Shown: positions 27,946 to 40,498 of the stretch, one piece after another | Layout: every line of letters starts with the position of its first letter | Position numbering within the stretch: position 1 is the first letter of the stretch | Source: a bacterium | Lineage (GTDB): Bacteria > Desulfobacterota > Binatia > HRBIN30 > CADEER01 | Reading direction: 5' to 3' | NCBI GenBank assembly: GCA_019637795.1 | Contig: JAHBUY010000003.1 | Coordinates: 7,409 to 71,408, forward strand | Length of the DNA stretch: 64,000 bases | Translations under genes and position numbers: made by a program | Notes under the pieces: generated by a model | What the model was told of the DNA's origin: nothing | The model's database searches: none | What the model saw: the letters and a program-made list of their open reading frames with translations, nothing else

Positions 27946-29970
27946 ATGCCCGCCGCCGGGGCACATCGCTTGCTCCCCTCCGCGGCGATGGCTGCCACCG
28001 CCTCCCTCGCCGCGCCGCGCGTCGCCGCGCCGCCCGCGCCCGACCTGCTCGCCGCCGCGCTGCAGGATCTGCCGGACGGCATCGCCCTGATCGAAAGCGC
28101 CGACGACCGCGTGGTCGCCGTCAATCGCGCCGTGCGCCAGCTCCTCGGCTACGAGCCGGCCTGGCTGGTGGGCCGTTCGCTCGGGCTGCTGCGGCCGCCG
28201 GGATCGCCGTCGGTGGCCGCCCGCGCCTGGCGCCACGGCCTGGTGGTGGAGGATTGCGAGCTGCGGCGCATCGACGGCTCGCGCTGCCCGATCCAGTTGC
28301 GGGCGCGGCCGACGACGGTCGACGGGCGCGAGCTCGTGCTGGTGACGCTGCGTGACATCCGCGAGCGCCGCCGCGCCGAGGAGCAGCACCGCAGCATCTT
28401 CGAGAACGCGATCGAGGGCATCTTCCAGACCACGCCGGACGGCCAGTATCTCACCGCCAATCCGGCGCTGGCGCGCATCTATGGATACGCCTCGCCGGCG
28501 GAGCTGATGGCGCACCTCACCGACATCGCCGAGCAGTTGTACGTCGACGCCGGGCGCCGCCGCGAGTTCCGCCGCCTGCTGGAGGAGCGCGACGCGGTGC
28601 AGAGCTTCGAATCCGAGGTGCGGCGCCGGGACGGAGCGGTGGTATGGATCTCCGAGAACGCGCGCGCCGTGCGCGACGCCGACGGCCGGCTGCGCCACTA
28701 CGAGGGCACGGTCGTCGACATCACCGCCCGCAAGCACGCCGAAGCCGCCGAACGCGAGGAGGCGGCGGTCGCGGCGGCCCTGGTGCGCGTCGGCGAGGCG
28801 CTGATCGCCTCGATCAACTCGCCCGCCATCCTCGAACGCCTGTGCGAGGTCACGCTCGACGCCCTCGCGTGCGACTGGAGCCACACCCTGCTCTGGCTGG
28901 CGGCGCGCGACGCCTACGTGCCGGTCGCGGCCGCCGACCGCGAGGCGGGCGCCGCCCCGGCCGCGACGCCGGTGTCGCCGGCGGCGCTGGCGCCGCTGCT
29001 CGAGCGCCTCGCCCGCGACGAGGTGGTGGTGCTCGACGCCGCCGCCTGCGCGGCGCTGCCGGCGGCGCTGCGCCCCGGCGGACGGCCGTGCGGCGCGGCG
29101 ATCTTCTTCCCGATCCGCCGCGGCGACGCCTGCGACGGCGTGCTGATGGCCGGCGGCCGCGAGCGCCGGCGGCCGTTCACCGCCGCGGACGTGCGGGTGG
29201 CGCGCGGCATCGCCCATCTGGCGGCGATCGCGCTCGCCCACGCGCGCGCCCTCGAGGAGCTGGCGCGCGCCAACCGCGTGAAGTCCGAGTTCGTCGCCAC
29301 CATGTCGCACGAGCTGCGCACGCCGCTGAACATCATCCTCGGCTACACCGAGCTGCTGCGCGGCGGCAGCTTCGGCGACGTCACCGCGGAGCAGCGCGAG
29401 GTGCTGGCGCGGGTGGCGCGCAGCGGCGACGAGCTGCTGGAGCTGATCACCGCCACCCTGGACCTCAGCCGACTGGAATCGGGGCGGGCGACGCTCGATC
29501 TCGCCCCCGTGGACCTGCCGGCCCTGCTCGCCGCCGTCGCCGGCGAGGCGCGCGAGCTGCTGCGCGACAAGCCGGCGGTGGCGCTGCGCTGCGCGCTCGC
29601 CCCCGACCTGCCGCGGCTGCGCACCGACGCGGCGAAGTTGAAGGTGGTGGTGAAGAACCTGGTGAGCAACGCGGTGAAGTTCACCGAACGCGGAGCGGTG
29701 AGCCTCGGCGCGGCGCGGCGCGACGACGGCATCGAGGTGGTGGTCGCCGACACCGGCATCGGCATCGCCCCCGAGGCGCTGCCGATCATCTTCGAGGCCT
29801 TCCGCCAGGCGGACAGCTCGATGACCCGCCGCTACGGCGGCGTCGGCCTCGGCCTGCACGTCGTGCGCCGCCTCCTGTCGATGCTCGGCGGCGCGGTCAG
29901 CGTCGAGAGCGCGCCCGGCGCCGGTTCGACCTTCCGCGTCTGGCTGCCGACCGCCGGCCCGCCGGCGTGA
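27946..29970 (+). CDS. cytoplasmic PAS-PAS-GAF sensor histidine kinase
   Basis: H-box MSHELRTPLN is present. The HATPase motifs are N (VVKNLVSNAVKF), G1 (DTGIGI) and G2 (GGVGLGL). Two PAS-like segments and one GAF-like segment precede them. Confidence 0.9.
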   Translation: MPAAGAHRLLPSAAMAATASLAAPRVAAPPAPDLLAAALQDLPDGIALIESADDRVVAVNRAVRQLLGYEPAWLVGRSLGLLRPPGSPSVAARAWRHGLVVEDCELRRIDGSRCPIQLRARPTTVDGRELVLVTLRDIRERRRAEEQHRSIFENAIEGIFQTTPDGQYLTANPALARIYGYASPAELMAHLTDIAEQLYVDAGRRREFRRLLEERDAVQSFESEVRRRDGAVVWISENARAVRDADGRLRHYEGTVVDITARKHAEAAEREEAAVAAALVRVGEALIASINSPAILERLCEVTLDALACDWSHTLLWLAARDAYVPVAAADREAGAAPAATPVSPAALAPLLERLARDEVVVLDAAACAALPAALRPGGRPCGAAIFFPIRRGDACDGVLMAGGRERRRPFTAADVRVARGIAHLAAIALAHARALEELARANRVKSEFVATMSHELRTPLNIILGYTELLRGGSFGDVTAEQREVLARVARSGDELLELITATLDLSRLESGRATLDLAPVDLPALLAAVAGEARELLRDKPAVALRCALAPDLPRLRTDAAKLKVVVKNLVSNAVKFTERGAVSLGAARRDDGIEVVVADTGIGIAPEALPIIFEAFRQADSSMTRRYGGVGLGLHVVRRLLSMLGGAVSVESAPGAGSTFRVWLPTAGPPA

Positions 29971-30566
29971 GCCGTCGCCGCGCCGGACGCGCGGCTCGTC
30001 GCCGTCCGCCTTGCCCATTCGCACGGCAGCAGCGCGCGCCGTGGGCAGCGGCGCCGCTGACGCGATGCGGCATGAGCAACGCTTCACATCGGCGAGGCGT
30101 TGGCCTGCCGGTTGCTCATCATGCGGGGCAGATGTCCGTCAGCGCGTGAGTGCGAATGCCAATGGTCAGCAGTAGCGAGCGCGATGCGCCCGCGACGCGA
30201 GTGGGGGTGGCGGTGTCGGAAGGAGCCGGGAAACGCATGGACGCATTCGAGACCCTCACCGCCGCGATGCTCGCGCCGGCGCCGGCGGGCAACGGGTTGC
30301 CCGCCGCGGCGCTCCCCTATCCGGAGCTCGCCGCGGCGCTGGCGTGGAGCCTCGCCGGCGCGCTGCTGTGCAGCGCCGCGGCGTTGGCGACGCAGGTGGA
30401 CGCCCTGCGCGCCTGGACCTTTCGACGTGTGCACGCGGTGCGTGCGGCCGCTCGGCGGCTGGCACCGCCGCGCCGCAGCAGAGCCGGCGGCAGCAACGGC
30501 CGTGTCCCCCCTCGGCCGGCCGCCGGCTCTCCCCCCCTCTGAGGTCGTCGGGCGGGCCGCCGCTGC

Positions 30567-31994
30567 TCAGTCCCAGACCGCCGGCCGGCGATCCTTCCAC
30601 GGCCGCGCCTGCTCGAGTTGACCGGCGAGGCGCAGCAGCGTCGCCTCGTCGCCCAGCCGGGCGCTGAACATGACCCCGACCGGCAGGCCGTCGGCGGTCC
30701 AGTGCAGGGGCAGCGAGATCGCCGGCTGGCCGGTGGCGTTCTGCAGCGGGGTGAAGGGCACGTAGTCGATGATCGGCGCGAACGCCTTGAGCACGTCGCG
30801 CTCGTCGATGTCGATGGTGCCGAGGGCGATCGGCGGCGCGGCGAGCGTCGGCGCGAGCCAGGCGTCGTAGCGCTCGTGGAACTGGCCGACCGCTCGCCCG
30901 GTGATCTGCAGCATCGCCAGCGCCAGCAGGTACTGCGACCCGGTCACCTGCCGGCCCTGCTGATACAGCGACCAGGTGAGGCCCTCGAAGTCGGCCTCGC
31001 GGATCGCGCGCCCGGCCAGCATCGACACGGCCTCGATCTGCATCGCCAGGCCGGCGGTCCACAGCGCCATGAACGACTGCGAGAACTGGCCCGGATCGAC
31101 CGGCGGCGCCGCCTCCTCGACGACGTGGCCGAGCTCCTCGCACAGCCGGGCGGTCGCCTCGACCGCGGCCACGCACTCGGGATGGATCGCGACGCCGCCG
31201 GGCGCCCGGGTGGCGAAGGCGAGGCGCAGTCGGCCGGGCGGCGTGCGCGCCTCCTCGGCGAACGGGCGCGCCGGCGGCGCCACCATGTAGGGATCGCCGG
31301 GCTCCGGTCCGGCGGTGCAGTCGAGCAGCGCCGCGGTGTCGCGCACGCTGCGGCTGACGACGTGCTCGGCGATCAGGCCGCTCATGATGTCGCCGAGCAT
31401 CGGGCCGAGGGGATTGCGGGCGCGGCTCGGCTTGAGGCCGACCAGGCCGCAGCACGAGGCCGGGATGCGGATCGAGCCGCCGCCGTCGTTGGCGTGCGCC
31501 AGCGGCACGATGCCGGCGGCGACCGCCGCCGCCGAGCCGCCGCTCGAGCCGCCGGTCGAGTGGCGGGGGTTCCACGGATTGCGCGCCGGACCGTAGAGCG
31601 CCGATTCGGTCGTCGGCAGCAGGCCGAACTCCGGCACGTTGGTCTTGCCGAGCGGCACCAGGCCGGCGGCGCGGAAGCGGACGACCAGCGTGTCGTCCTG
31701 GGCGCTCGGCAGGTCGACCAGGAAGCGGGCGCCGCTCTGCGTCGGCACGCCGGCGAGGTTGCCGAGGATGTCCTTGAGCAGGAACGGCACGCCGCGGAAC
31801 GGACCGCCGCCCGGCGCCGCCGCCACGCCGCGGCCGTAGTCGAAGAGCGGGCGGATGACCGCGTTGAGCGTCGGGTTGTGCTTCTCGATGCGGGCGATGG
31901 CCGCCTCGGCGAGCTCGATCGGCGTCACCTGCCTGGTCGCCACCAGCTCGGCGAGGCCGAGTCCGTCGTACTGGGCGTATTCCGCGAATGCCAT
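30567..31994 (-). CDS. amidase (amidase-signature family)
   Basis: [14 protein letters not shown] ... GSIRIPAS is the AS-family signature. Confidence 0.9.
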   Translation of the reverse strand: MAFAEYAQYDGLGLAELVATRQVTPIELAEAAIARIEKHNPTLNAVIRPLFDYGRGVAAAPGGGPFRGVPFLLKDILGNLAGVPTQSGARFLVDLPSAQDDTLVVRFRAAGLVPLGKTNVPEFGLLPTTESALYGPARNPWNPRHSTGGSSGGSAAAVAAGIVPLAHANDGGGSIRIPASCCGLVGLKPSRARNPLGPMLGDIMSGLIAEHVVSRSVRDTAALLDCTAGPEPGDPYMVAPPARPFAEEARTPPGRLRLAFATRAPGGVAIHPECVAAVEATARLCEELGHVVEEAAPPVDPGQFSQSFMALWTAGLAMQIEAVSMLAGRAIREADFEGLTWSLYQQGRQVTGSQYLLALAMLQITGRAVGQFHERYDAWLAPTLAAPPIALGTIDIDERDVLKAFAPIIDYVPFTPLQNATGQPAISLPLHWTADGLPVGVMFSARLGDEATLLRLAGQLEQARPWKDRRPAVWD

Positions 31995-32089
31995 GCCGAT
32001 CTCCTACGTCGCCGGCGCGCGGGGTGGCAACACCCGGCGGGATCGCGCCACGCTGGTGAGACGCGCGGCGACGCGGTACGGACGGGATC

Positions 32090-32986
32090 GTGGGCATCGG
32101 GGGGAGACAGGCCGCGGCGCGCGGCGCGCTCGCCGTCGCCCTGCTGGCGCTGGCGAGCGGCTGCGGGGACGGCGGCGGCGGCGGCGCGCCGCAGGGGCGG
32201 ATCGCGGTGTTGAGCGCCTTCCCGGGCGAGTTGGCGGCGGTGCTGGCGCGGATGACGATCGAGGATCACGTGACGATCGCCGAGCGCAACGTCCGGGTCG
32301 GAACGCTCGGCGGCACCCCGGTGGTGGCGGCGATGACCGGCATCGGGCTGGTCAACGCCGCCACCACCACCGCCGCGGTGCTGGCCGCGTTCGACATCCG
32401 CGGCGTGGTGGTCTCGGGCGTCGCCGGCAGCCCGCTCAACGTCGCCGACGTCGTCGCCGTCACCACCTGGGCGCTGCCCGACGGCAGCCGCTATCCGGTC
32501 GATCCCCGCTACCAGCGACTCGCCCGGCGCCTGGCGGCGCGCGACGCCGTCGCCTTCGCCCGCTGCACGCTGGTGCCCAAGCACTCGCCGGACCCGGTGT
32601 GCCTGGCGAGCCCGCCGGTGCTGGTCGTCGGCGGCGCGGGGATGAGCGACGATCCGTTCGGCGGCGCCTTCCGCTGCTCGCGCAACGCCGGCAGCCTGGC
32701 GGACGTCTACGGCTGCGACGCCGCGGATCCGGCGGCCGCCGCCGCGGCGGCGCCGCGCGGCGGCGCCGGCGATGCGCTCGAGATCCTGATCCAGGACATG
32801 GAGAGCGCCGCCGTGGCGCGCGTCGCCGCCGAGCACGGCCTGCCCTTCATCGCCTTCCGCGGCGTCTCCGACGGCGCCGGCGATCCGCTCGACCTGCCGG
32901 GCTTCCCGGAGCAGTTCTACGCCTACTACCCGCTGGCCGCGCACAACGCGGCGGCGGCGGCGGCGGCATTCGTCGCCGACCTGTAG
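32090..32986 (+). CDS. phosphorylase-family (PNP/MTAN-like) lipoprotein
   Basis: Lipobox LASGCG is present. ...[20 protein letters not shown] ... FRGVSD resembles the PNP_UDP_1 fold. Confidence 0.6.
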   Translation: MGIGGRQAAARGALAVALLALASGCGDGGGGGAPQGRIAVLSAFPGELAAVLARMTIEDHVTIAERNVRVGTLGGTPVVAAMTGIGLVNAATTTAAVLAAFDIRGVVVSGVAGSPLNVADVVAVTTWALPDGSRYPVDPRYQRLARRLAARDAVAFARCTLVPKHSPDPVCLASPPVLVVGGAGMSDDPFGGAFRCSRNAGSLADVYGCDAADPAAAAAAAPRGGAGDALEILIQDMESAAVARVAAEHGLPFIAFRGVSDGAGDPLDLPGFPEQFYAYYPLAAHNAAAAAAAFVADL

Positions 32987-33119
32987 CGGCGCGCGCCACC
33001 TGAAACGCCGCGGCGAGCGCCGCCGCCGCGGGCCCTCCGCCGCGACGCCGGCGGCGCGGCGACCAGAGGCCCGCGGCGACGGCTGGACCGAGCGCCCGCG
33101 CCCTGTATGCTGGCAGGCC

Positions 33120-35792
33120 TTGTCTGCCGATCCACATCACGCCGCGCCGCCGGCGCGCGCCGGGTGGCTGCTGGCGCTGCTGCCCCTGGCGGCGTTCGCC
33201 GGCTTCGCGACCCAGATCGCGCCCGTGGTCGCGGGCGCGACGCCGCGGCTCGCGCTCGCCTGGGTGCCGAGCCTCGACGTCGCGTTCAGCCTCCAGCTCG
33301 ACGGCCTGAGCCTGCTGTTCGCCCTGCTCATCTCCGGCATCGGCACGCTGATCACCATCTACGCCGGCGGCTACCTCTCCGGCCATCCGCAGCTCGGCCG
33401 CTTCTACGCGCTGCTGCTGCTGTTCACCGTCGCCATGGTGGGTCTCGTCTGCGCCGGCGACGTCATCACCCTCTTCGTCTTCTGGGAGCTGACCAGCATC
33501 AGCTCGTATCTGCTGATCGGCTTCGATCACGAGCGCGCGGCGGCGCGCGCCGCCGCCCTGCAGGCGCTGCTGGTCACCGGCGGCGGCGGCCTGGCGCTGC
33601 TCGCCGGCCTCCTGCTGCTGCGCCAGGTCGCCGGCGGCGGCGAGCTCTGGCGCCTGAGCGAGCAGGCGGCGGCCATCCACGCCAGCGCGCTCTACCTGCC
33701 CATCCTCCTGCTGGTGCTCGCCGGCGCCTGCACCAAGTCGGCGCAGGTGCCGTTCCACTTCTGGCTGCCCGGCGCGATGGAAGCGCCGGCGCCGGTCAGC
33801 GCCTACCTGCACTCGGCGACCATGGTGACCGCCGGCGTCTACCTGCTCGCCCGCCTGCAGCCGGCGCTCGGCGGCTCGCCGGCCTGGCACTACCTCGTCA
33901 GCCTCGCCGGCGCGGCGACGATGGTGACCGGCGCGGTCCTGGCGCTGGCCCAACGCGATCTGAAGCGGCTGCTCGCCTACTCGACGGTGAGCGCGCTCGG
34001 CACCCTGGTGCTGCTGCTCGGGCTGGGCACCGCCCTGGCGGCGCAGGCGGCGATGCTCTTCCTGGTCGTGCACTCGCTCTACAAGGGCGCGCTGTTCATG
34101 GTCGCCGGCGCGGTCGACCACGAAACCGGCCGCCGCGACGTCACGGCGCTGGGCGGCCTGCGCCGCGCCATGCCCTGGCTCGCCGCCGCGGCGCTGGCCG
34201 CCGGCCTGTCGATGGCCGGGCTGCCGCCGCTGCTCGGCTTCATCAGCAAGGAACTGCTGTACGAAGCGAAGTTGCAGGCGCCCGCCGCCGCGGCGTGGAT
34301 CACCGCCGCGGGCGTGCTCGCCAACGTCCTCACCGTGGCCGTCGCCGGCGCCGTCGCCGTGCGGCCGTTCTGGGGAGCGGCGCGCGGCGCGCCGCCGGGC
34401 GCGCACGAGCCGCCGCTCGCCCTGCTCCTCGGACCGCTGGTGCTGGCGGCGCTCGGCCTGGTCATCGGCGCCGCGCCCGATGCGCTGCTGGCGCCGCTGA
34501 TCGCGGCCGCCGCCGGGGCGGTGCGCGGCGAGCCGACCACGATCGCGCTGGCGCTGTGGCACGGCCTCAACCCGGTGCTGGCGCTGAGCGCCGTCACCAT
34601 CGCGGCCGGCGTCGCGCTGCACGCCGTCGACGCGCGGCGGCGCGCCGAGCAGGTGGCGACGGGACTGCGGTCGTGGGCGTGGCTGACCCCGGGGCGCGCC
34701 TACCAGCGCGCCGTCTCCGGCCTGCTGGCGGTCGCCGGCATGCAGACCCGGGTGCTGCAGAGCGGCTCGTTGAGCGCCTACGTGCTGATCGTCTTCGCGA
34801 CCCTGCTGGCGACCGTCGGCACGGCGGTGCTGTGGCACCCGATCTGGTGGCGGCGGCTGATGCTGGCGCCGGTCAACCTGCCGGAAGTGGCGGTCTGCCT
34901 GATGATGATCGCGGCGGCGCTGGCGGCGACGCGGACGACCTCGCGGCTGGCGGCGATCGCCGCGCTCGGCGCGGTCGGCTACGGCATCGCGCTGCTGTTC
35001 GTCTTCTTCGGCGCCCCGGATCTGGCGTTGACCCAGTTCGCGATCGAGACCCTCACCGTCATCCTGTTCCTGCTCGTGATCTATCGCCTGCCGCCCTTCT
35101 CGCTGCTCTCCTCGCCGGCGGTGCACCGCCGCGACGCGCTGCTGGCGGGCGGCGTCGGCGCCCTGATGGCGGCGCTGGTGCTGGTCGCCTCGGCCTCGCC
35201 CCTGCCGTCGCGCCTGGCGCCCTACTTCGCCGCCCAGAGCGTGCCCGGCGGACACGGCGGCAACGTCGTCAACGTGATCCTGGTCGACTTCCGCGCCCTC
35301 GACACGCTGGGCGAGAGCGTGGTGCTGGCGGTCGCCGCCATCGGCGTGTGGTCGCTGATGCGGCTGCGCCGCGACGCGGCGCCAATGGCGCCGGCGCCGG
35401 CTTTCCCGCCGTCGCTGCTCTTCCGCATCGCCACCCGCTACGTGTTCCCGCTGCTGCTGCTGTTCTCGATCTTCCTGCTGCTGCGCGGCCACGATGCGCC
35501 CGGCGGCGGCTTCGTCGGCGGCCTGACGGCGGCGGCCGCCTTCGCCCTCTATCTGCTCGCCTTCGGCACCGCCGCGGCGCGGCAGCGGCTGCGCGTCGCG
35601 CCGCAGGCGCTGATCGGCGGCGGCCTGCTGTTGGCGGGCCTGAGCGGCCTGCCGGCGATGGCCGTCGGGCAGCCCTACCTGACGGGGCTGTGGGCCGGCG
35701 CGCTGGGGACGCCGCTGCTGTTCGACGGCGGCGTCTACCTGGTGGTGGTTGGCGTCGTGCTGCTGATGCTGTTCAGCCTGGCGGAGGACTGA
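33120..35792 (+). CDS. mrpA: Na+/H+ antiporter subunit A (MrpA with fused MrpB-like C-terminus), TTG start
   Basis: The 890-aa polytopic ORF carries NuoL-like motifs ([29 protein letters not shown]). Confidence 0.9.
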   Translation: MSADPHHAAPPARAGWLLALLPLAAFAGFATQIAPVVAGATPRLALAWVPSLDVAFSLQLDGLSLLFALLISGIGTLITIYAGGYLSGHPQLGRFYALLLLFTVAMVGLVCAGDVITLFVFWELTSISSYLLIGFDHERAAARAAALQALLVTGGGGLALLAGLLLLRQVAGGGELWRLSEQAAAIHASALYLPILLLVLAGACTKSAQVPFHFWLPGAMEAPAPVSAYLHSATMVTAGVYLLARLQPALGGSPAWHYLVSLAGAATMVTGAVLALAQRDLKRLLAYSTVSALGTLVLLLGLGTALAAQAAMLFLVVHSLYKGALFMVAGAVDHETGRRDVTALGGLRRAMPWLAAAALAAGLSMAGLPPLLGFISKELLYEAKLQAPAAAAWITAAGVLANVLTVAVAGAVAVRPFWGAARGAPPGAHEPPLALLLGPLVLAALGLVIGAAPDALLAPLIAAAAGAVRGEPTTIALALWHGLNPVLALSAVTIAAGVALHAVDARRRAEQVATGLRSWAWLTPGRAYQRAVSGLLAVAGMQTRVLQSGSLSAYVLIVFATLLATVGTAVLWHPIWWRRLMLAPVNLPEVAVCLMMIAAALAATRTTSRLAAIAALGAVGYGIALLFVFFGAPDLALTQFAIETLTVILFLLVIYRLPPFSLLSSPAVHRRDALLAGGVGALMAALVLVASASPLPSRLAPYFAAQSVPGGHGGNVVNVILVDFRALDTLGESVVLAVAAIGVWSLMRLRRDAAPMAPAPAFPPSLLFRIATRYVFPLLLLFSIFLLLRGHDAPGGGFVGGLTAAAAFALYLLAFGTAAARQRLRVAPQALIGGGLLLAGLSGLPAMAVGQPYLTGLWAGALGTPLLFDGGVYLVVVGVVLLMLFSLAED

Positions 35793-35793
35793 G

Positions 35794-36141
35794 GTGGCGC
35801 TGCTGCTCGCGGTCACGGTCGGCGTCCTCTACGCCTGCGGCGTGTATCTCATGCTGCGCCGCAGCCTGGTGAAACTGATCATCGGCCTGGTGCTGCTCGG
35901 CCACGCCGCCAACCTGTTGATCGTCGGCGCCGCCGGCATCACCCACGGCCGGCCGCCGCTGGTCGCCGAGGGCGCCACCGCGCTGCTGCCGCCGTACGCC
36001 GATCCCCTGCCCCAGGCGCTGGTGCTCACCGCCATCGTCATCGGCTTCGGGGTGCAGGCGTTCGCCCTCGTCCTCCTGAAGCGCGCCTACCAGGCGGTGG
36101 GCAGCGACGATCTCGACGCCATGCGCTCGACCGACCACTGA
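35794..36141 (+). CDS. mrpC: Na+/H+ antiporter subunit C
   Basis: 115-aa NuoK-like ORF with a GTG start. Confidence 0.85.
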   Translation: MALLLAVTVGVLYACGVYLMLRRSLVKLIIGLVLLGHAANLLIVGAAGITHGRPPLVAEGATALLPPYADPLPQALVLTAIVIGFGVQAFALVLLKRAYQAVGSDDLDAMRSTDH

Positions 36142-36151
36142 CGCCGCCGCG

Positions 36152-37651
36152 GTGACGCACGACATGCCGCTCCTCGTCCTGCCCATCCTCATTCCCTTCG
36201 CCTGCGCGGTGGCGTCGCTGCTGGCGCGGCGATCGCTCGCGACGCAGCGGCTGCTGAGCGTCGCCGGATCGGTGGCGCTGCTGGCCGCCGGCGTCGCCCT
36301 GCTGGCCTCCGTGCGGACCCACGGGATGCTGGTGCTGCAGGCCGGCAACTGGCCGGCGCCGTCCGGCATCACCCTGGCGGCCGACCTGTTGAGCGCCATC
36401 ATGGTGCTGCTGGCCGGCGTGATGGCGGTGGCGGTGGCGGTGTTCGCGCTCGGCAGCCTCGACGCCGAGCGCGAGCGCTTCGGCTACTACCCGTTGTTCC
36501 ACGTGCTGCTGATGGGGGTCTGCGGCGCCTTCCTCACCGGCGACCTGTTCAACCTCTACGTCTGGTTCGAGGTGATGCTGATCGCCTCCTTCGTCCTCCT
36601 GGTGCTCGGCGGCGAGCGGGCGCAGCTCGAGGGCGGGGTGAAGTACGTCACCCTCAACCTCATCGCCTCGGCGGTGTTCCTCGCCGCCGCCGGCATCACC
36701 TACGGCACCGTCGGCACGCTCAACTTCGCCGACCTCGCGCAGCGCCTGCCGACGCTGCCCGGCGGCGGGGTGGCGCGCACCCTGGCGCTGCTGCTGTTGG
36801 TCGCCTTCGGGCTGAAGGCGGCGATCTTCCCCCTCTTCTTCTGGCTGCCGGCCTCGTACCACACGCCGCCGGTGGCGGTGACGACGCTGTTCTCCGGCCT
36901 GCTCACCAAGGTCGGCGTCTACGCGCTGATCCGCGTCTTCACCCTCGCCTTCCCGATCGACGACGGCATGCGGACGCTGCTGCTCGCGGTCGCCGGGCTG
37001 ACCATGGTCAGCGGCGTGCTCGGCGCCGTCGCCCAGCAGGACATGCGGCGCCTGCTCGCCTTCCACGTCGTCAGCCAGATCGGCTACCTCATCATGGGGC
37101 TCGGCCTCGCCTCGCCGCTGGCGCTGGCCGGGGCGGTGTTCTTCCTCGTCCACGTCACGCTGGCGAAATCGGCGCTGTTCCTGGTCGGCGGCATCGCCGA
37201 GCGGCTGTGCGGCAGCTTCGAGCTGGCCCGACTGGGCGGCCTCTATCGCGACCACCCCTGGGTGTCGCTGCTCTTCCTCGTGCCGGCGCTGGCGCTCGCC
37301 GGGGTGCCGCCGCTCTCCGGCTTCTGGGCCAAGCTGCTGCTGATCGACGCCGGCCTCGCCGGCATGTACTGGGCCGCGACGGCGACGGCGCTGGGGGTCA
37401 GCCTGCTGACGCTCTTCTCGATGACCAAGATCTGGGCGGCGGCGTTCTGGTCGCCGCGCCCCGACGGGGTCGCGCCGGCGCGGCTCGACCGTCGCGCCGC
37501 GCTCCTCCTCGGCGCCCCGACCGCGGCGCTGGCGCTGTTGACGGTGGCGATGGGCCTCGCCGCCGAGCCGGCGGTGGCGCTGGCGCGGCAGACGGCGGCG
37601 CAACTGCTCGATCCCGCCGTCTACGTCGCGGCGGTGCTGGAGGCGCGATGA
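36152..37651 (+). CDS. mrpD: Na+/H+ antiporter subunit D
   Basis: 499-aa NuoN/NuoL-like ORF. Confidence 0.9.
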   Translation: MTHDMPLLVLPILIPFACAVASLLARRSLATQRLLSVAGSVALLAAGVALLASVRTHGMLVLQAGNWPAPSGITLAADLLSAIMVLLAGVMAVAVAVFALGSLDAERERFGYYPLFHVLLMGVCGAFLTGDLFNLYVWFEVMLIASFVLLVLGGERAQLEGGVKYVTLNLIASAVFLAAAGITYGTVGTLNFADLAQRLPTLPGGGVARTLALLLLVAFGLKAAIFPLFFWLPASYHTPPVAVTTLFSGLLTKVGVYALIRVFTLAFPIDDGMRTLLLAVAGLTMVSGVLGAVAQQDMRRLLAFHVVSQIGYLIMGLGLASPLALAGAVFFLVHVTLAKSALFLVGGIAERLCGSFELARLGGLYRDHPWVSLLFLVPALALAGVPPLSGFWAKLLLIDAGLAGMYWAATATALGVSLLTLFSMTKIWAAAFWSPRPDGVAPARLDRRAALLLGAPTAALALLTVAMGLAAEPAVALARQTAAQLLDPAVYVAAVLEAR

Positions 37652-37986
37652 ACGGCCTGCGCCGGATCGGCCGGGGCATCGGCTTCGCGTGCTTCTTCGC
37701 CCGCGAGCTCCTGCTCGCCAACCTGCGGGTCGCCTGGTTGGTGCTCAGCTCGCACCGGCACCTGCGGCCGGCGATCGTCGCCGTGCCGCTCGACGTGCGC
37801 AGCGACCTGGCGATCCAGACCTTCGCCGCCACCATCACCCTCACCCCGGGGACGCTGAGCATCGACGTCGCCAGCGACCGGCGCACGCTCTACGTGCACG
37901 TCGCCCACGTCGGGGACGACGTCGACGCCTTCGTCCGCGACCTCAAGGGGACGTTCGAACGCCGCATCAAGGAGCTCTGCGAATGA
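37648..37986 (+). CDS. mrpE: Na+/H+ antiporter subunit E
   Basis: [33 protein letters not shown] ... The ATGA overlaps the mrpD stop. Confidence 0.8.
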   Translation: MNGLRRIGRGIGFACFFARELLLANLRVAWLVLSSHRHLRPAIVAVPLDVRSDLAIQTFAATITLTPGTLSIDVASDRRTLYVHVAHVGDDVDAFVRDLKGTFERRIKELCE

Positions 37987-38258
37987 TGACCTCGCTGGCG
38001 ATCTGGTACGCGGCGCTGCCGATGCTCTGCGCCGCCGCCGTGCTGGCCACCGCGCGCCTGCTGCGCGGCCCCAGCCTGCCCGACCGCGCCGTGGCGCTCG
38101 ACCTGCTGGCGATCATCGTCATCGGCATCCTCGCCGCCTTCGCGGTCGGCGTCGGCGAGGCGGTGTTCCTCGACATCATCCTCGCGGTCGGGCTCGTCAC
38201 CTTCCTCGGCACCGTCGCCTTCGCCTTCTACGTCGAACGGACCAGCGGCGATGGCTGA
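37985..38258 (+). CDS. mrpF: Na+/H+ antiporter subunit F
   Basis: [42 protein letters not shown] ... Confidence 0.8.
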
Positions 38259-38598
38259 CCTGCTCGTCGCCGCGCTCTTCGTCGTCGGCGCCGCCTTCAT
38301 CCTGCTGGCGGCGATCGGCCTGCTGCGCATGCCGGACCTGTTCCTGCGCATGTCGTGCAGCACCAAGGCCTCGACCCTCGGCATCGTCGCCTGCCTGCTC
38401 GGCGCGGCGCTGCACTTCGGCGCCCTCGGCGCCGCCGCGCGCGCCGGCGCCGGGGCGCTGTTCCTGCTCCTCACCGCGCCGGTGGCGGCGCAGGTGATCG
38501 GCCGCGCCGCCTATCTCGTCGGCGTGCCGCTGTGGCGCGGCACGATCGCCGACCAGTTGCGCGGGCGATACGAGCGCGCGCGCGGCACGCTGCGTTGA
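38251..38598 (+). CDS. mrpG: Na+/H+ antiporter subunit G
   Basis: MADLLVAALFVVGAAFILLAAIGLLRMPDLFLRMSCSTKASTLG ... Confidence 0.8.
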   Translation: MADLLVAALFVVGAAFILLAAIGLLRMPDLFLRMSCSTKASTLGIVACLLGAALHFGALGAAARAGAGALFLLLTAPVAAQVIGRAAYLVGVPLWRGTIADQLRGRYERARGTLR

Positions 38599-38629
38599 AC
38601 CCCCTACCCCCCTATGGTACCGACCGCGC

Positions 38630-38917
38630 ATGGCGATCACGCGCGAGGAGGTCCGGCACATCGCGCTCCTGGCGCGCCTGCCGCTGAACGCGGACGAGGA
38701 GATCGCCTTCGCGCAGCAGCTCGATCACATCCTCGCGGCGTTCACCAACCTCGACCGGCTCGACACCACGGGCGTCGAGCCGACGGCGCACATCGCGCCG
38801 CTGGCGACGCCGTTCCGCGACGACGTGGTCAGCACCACGCCCGACCCCGACGCCTGGCTCGCCAACGGCCCGGCGCGCGACGGGCGCTTCTTCAAAGTGC
38901 CGAAGATCATCGAATGA
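38630..38917 (+). CDS. gatC: Asp-tRNA(Asn)/Glu-tRNA(Gln) amidotransferase subunit C
   Basis: [38 protein letters not shown] ... [10 protein letters not shown]. Confidence 0.9.
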   Translation: MAITREEVRHIALLARLPLNADEEIAFAQQLDHILAAFTNLDRLDTTGVEPTAHIAPLATPFRDDVVSTTPDPDAWLANGPARDGRFFKVPKIIE

Positions 38918-40416
38918 CGACGCCCGCCACAGGGGGCGGCGGCGGCGCGCCGGGGTCGGCGCTGGTCGACCTCACCATCGACGCCGCGGCGGCCGCGCTG
39001 CGCGCCCGCCGCGTCTCCTCGACGGAGCTGACGACCGCCGCCCTGGCCCGCATCGAGGCGACCGAACCGACGCTGCACAGCTTCATCACCGTCACGCCCG
39101 AGCTGGCGCTGGCGCAGGCGCGGGAGGCCGACGCGCGCCTGGCCGCCGGCGCGCCGCGCGGACCGCTCGACGGCATCCCGCTCGCGATCAAGGACATCAT
39201 CAACACCCGCGGCGTGCGCACCACCGCCGGCTCGCGCATCCTCGAGCAGTTCGTCTCGCCCTACGACGCGACGGTCACCCAGCGGCTGCGCGCCGCCGGC
39301 GCGGTCTGCGTCGGCAAGGCCAACTGCGACGAGTTCGCGATGGGCTCGTCGAACGAGAGCTCGGCCTACGGCGGGGCCCGCAATCCGTGGGATCCGACGC
39401 GCGTGCCGGGCGGCTCGTCCGGCGGCTCGGCGTCGGCGGTGGCGGCGCGGCAGTGCCTGGGCGCGCTCGGCACCGACACCGGCGGCTCGATCCGCCAGCC
39501 GGCGGCGCACTGCGGCATCGTCGGGCTGAAGCCGACCTACGGGCGGGTGAGCCGCTACGGCGTCATCGCCTACGCCTCGTCGCTCGACCAGGTGGGCCCG
39601 ATGGCGCGCACCGTGCGCGACTGCGCCCACCTGCTCGGCGGCATCGCCGGCCACGACCGCTTCGACTCGACCTCGGTGCCGCGCCCGGTGCCGGACTACG
39701 CGGCGGCGCTCGACGGCGGCGTGCGCGGCCTGCGCATCGGGCTGCCGAAGGAGTACTTCGTCGAGGGCATGTCGCCCGAGGTGGCCGACGCGGTGCGCGG
39801 CGCGGTGCGCCAGCTCGAAGCGCTCGGCGCGGTCGTCGAGGACGTCTCGCTGCCGCACACCGAGTACGCGGTCGCGGCGTACTACCTGATCGCCACCGCC
39901 GAGGCGAGCTCGAACCTGGCGCGCTACGACGGCACCCGCTACGGCCTGCGCGTCGACCGCGGGCAGGGGCTGCTCGACATGTACCAGCAGACCCGCGGCG
40001 CCGGCTTCGGCGCCGAGGTGAAGCGCCGCATCATGCTCGGCACCTACGCCCTGTCGGCCGGCTACTACGACGCCTTCTACCTGAAGGGACAGCAGGTCCG
40101 TACCCTGATCCGCCGCGACTTCGAGCAGGTCTTCTCGACCTGCCAGGCGATCGTCACGCCGACCGCGCCGACCACGGCCTTCAGGCTGGGCGAGAAGATC
40201 ACCGATCCGCTGGAGATGTACCTGTCCGACATCTTCACCATCTCGGTGAACCTGGCCGGCCTGCCGGGGCTGTCGCTGCCGTGCGGCTTCGACCGCCAGG
40301 GCTTGCCCATCGGCCTGCAGATCATCGGCCGGCCCTTCGACGAGGAGACCGTGCTGCGCGCGGCGCACGCCTACGAACAGTCCACCGACTGGCACCAGCG
40401 CCGCCCGGACCTATGA
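38912..40416 (+). CDS. gatA: Glu-tRNA(Gln) amidotransferase subunit A
   Basis: Amidase-signature [13 protein letters not shown] ... GSIRQPAA. The ATGA overlaps the gatC stop. Confidence 0.95.
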
Positions 40417-40498
40417 ACGGAGAACGTCACCACGGAGGCACGGACACACGGAGCACGGGACTCACCTCCGTGTCTCCGTGCCTCCGTGGTGAGAAATC

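Noticed and set aside
30150-30542. Small ORF (130 aa) between the histidine kinase and amidase
   Set aside because: There are no recognisable motifs and the composition is similar to the artefact ORFs. Left unannotated, though a small hypothetical protein cannot be excluded.
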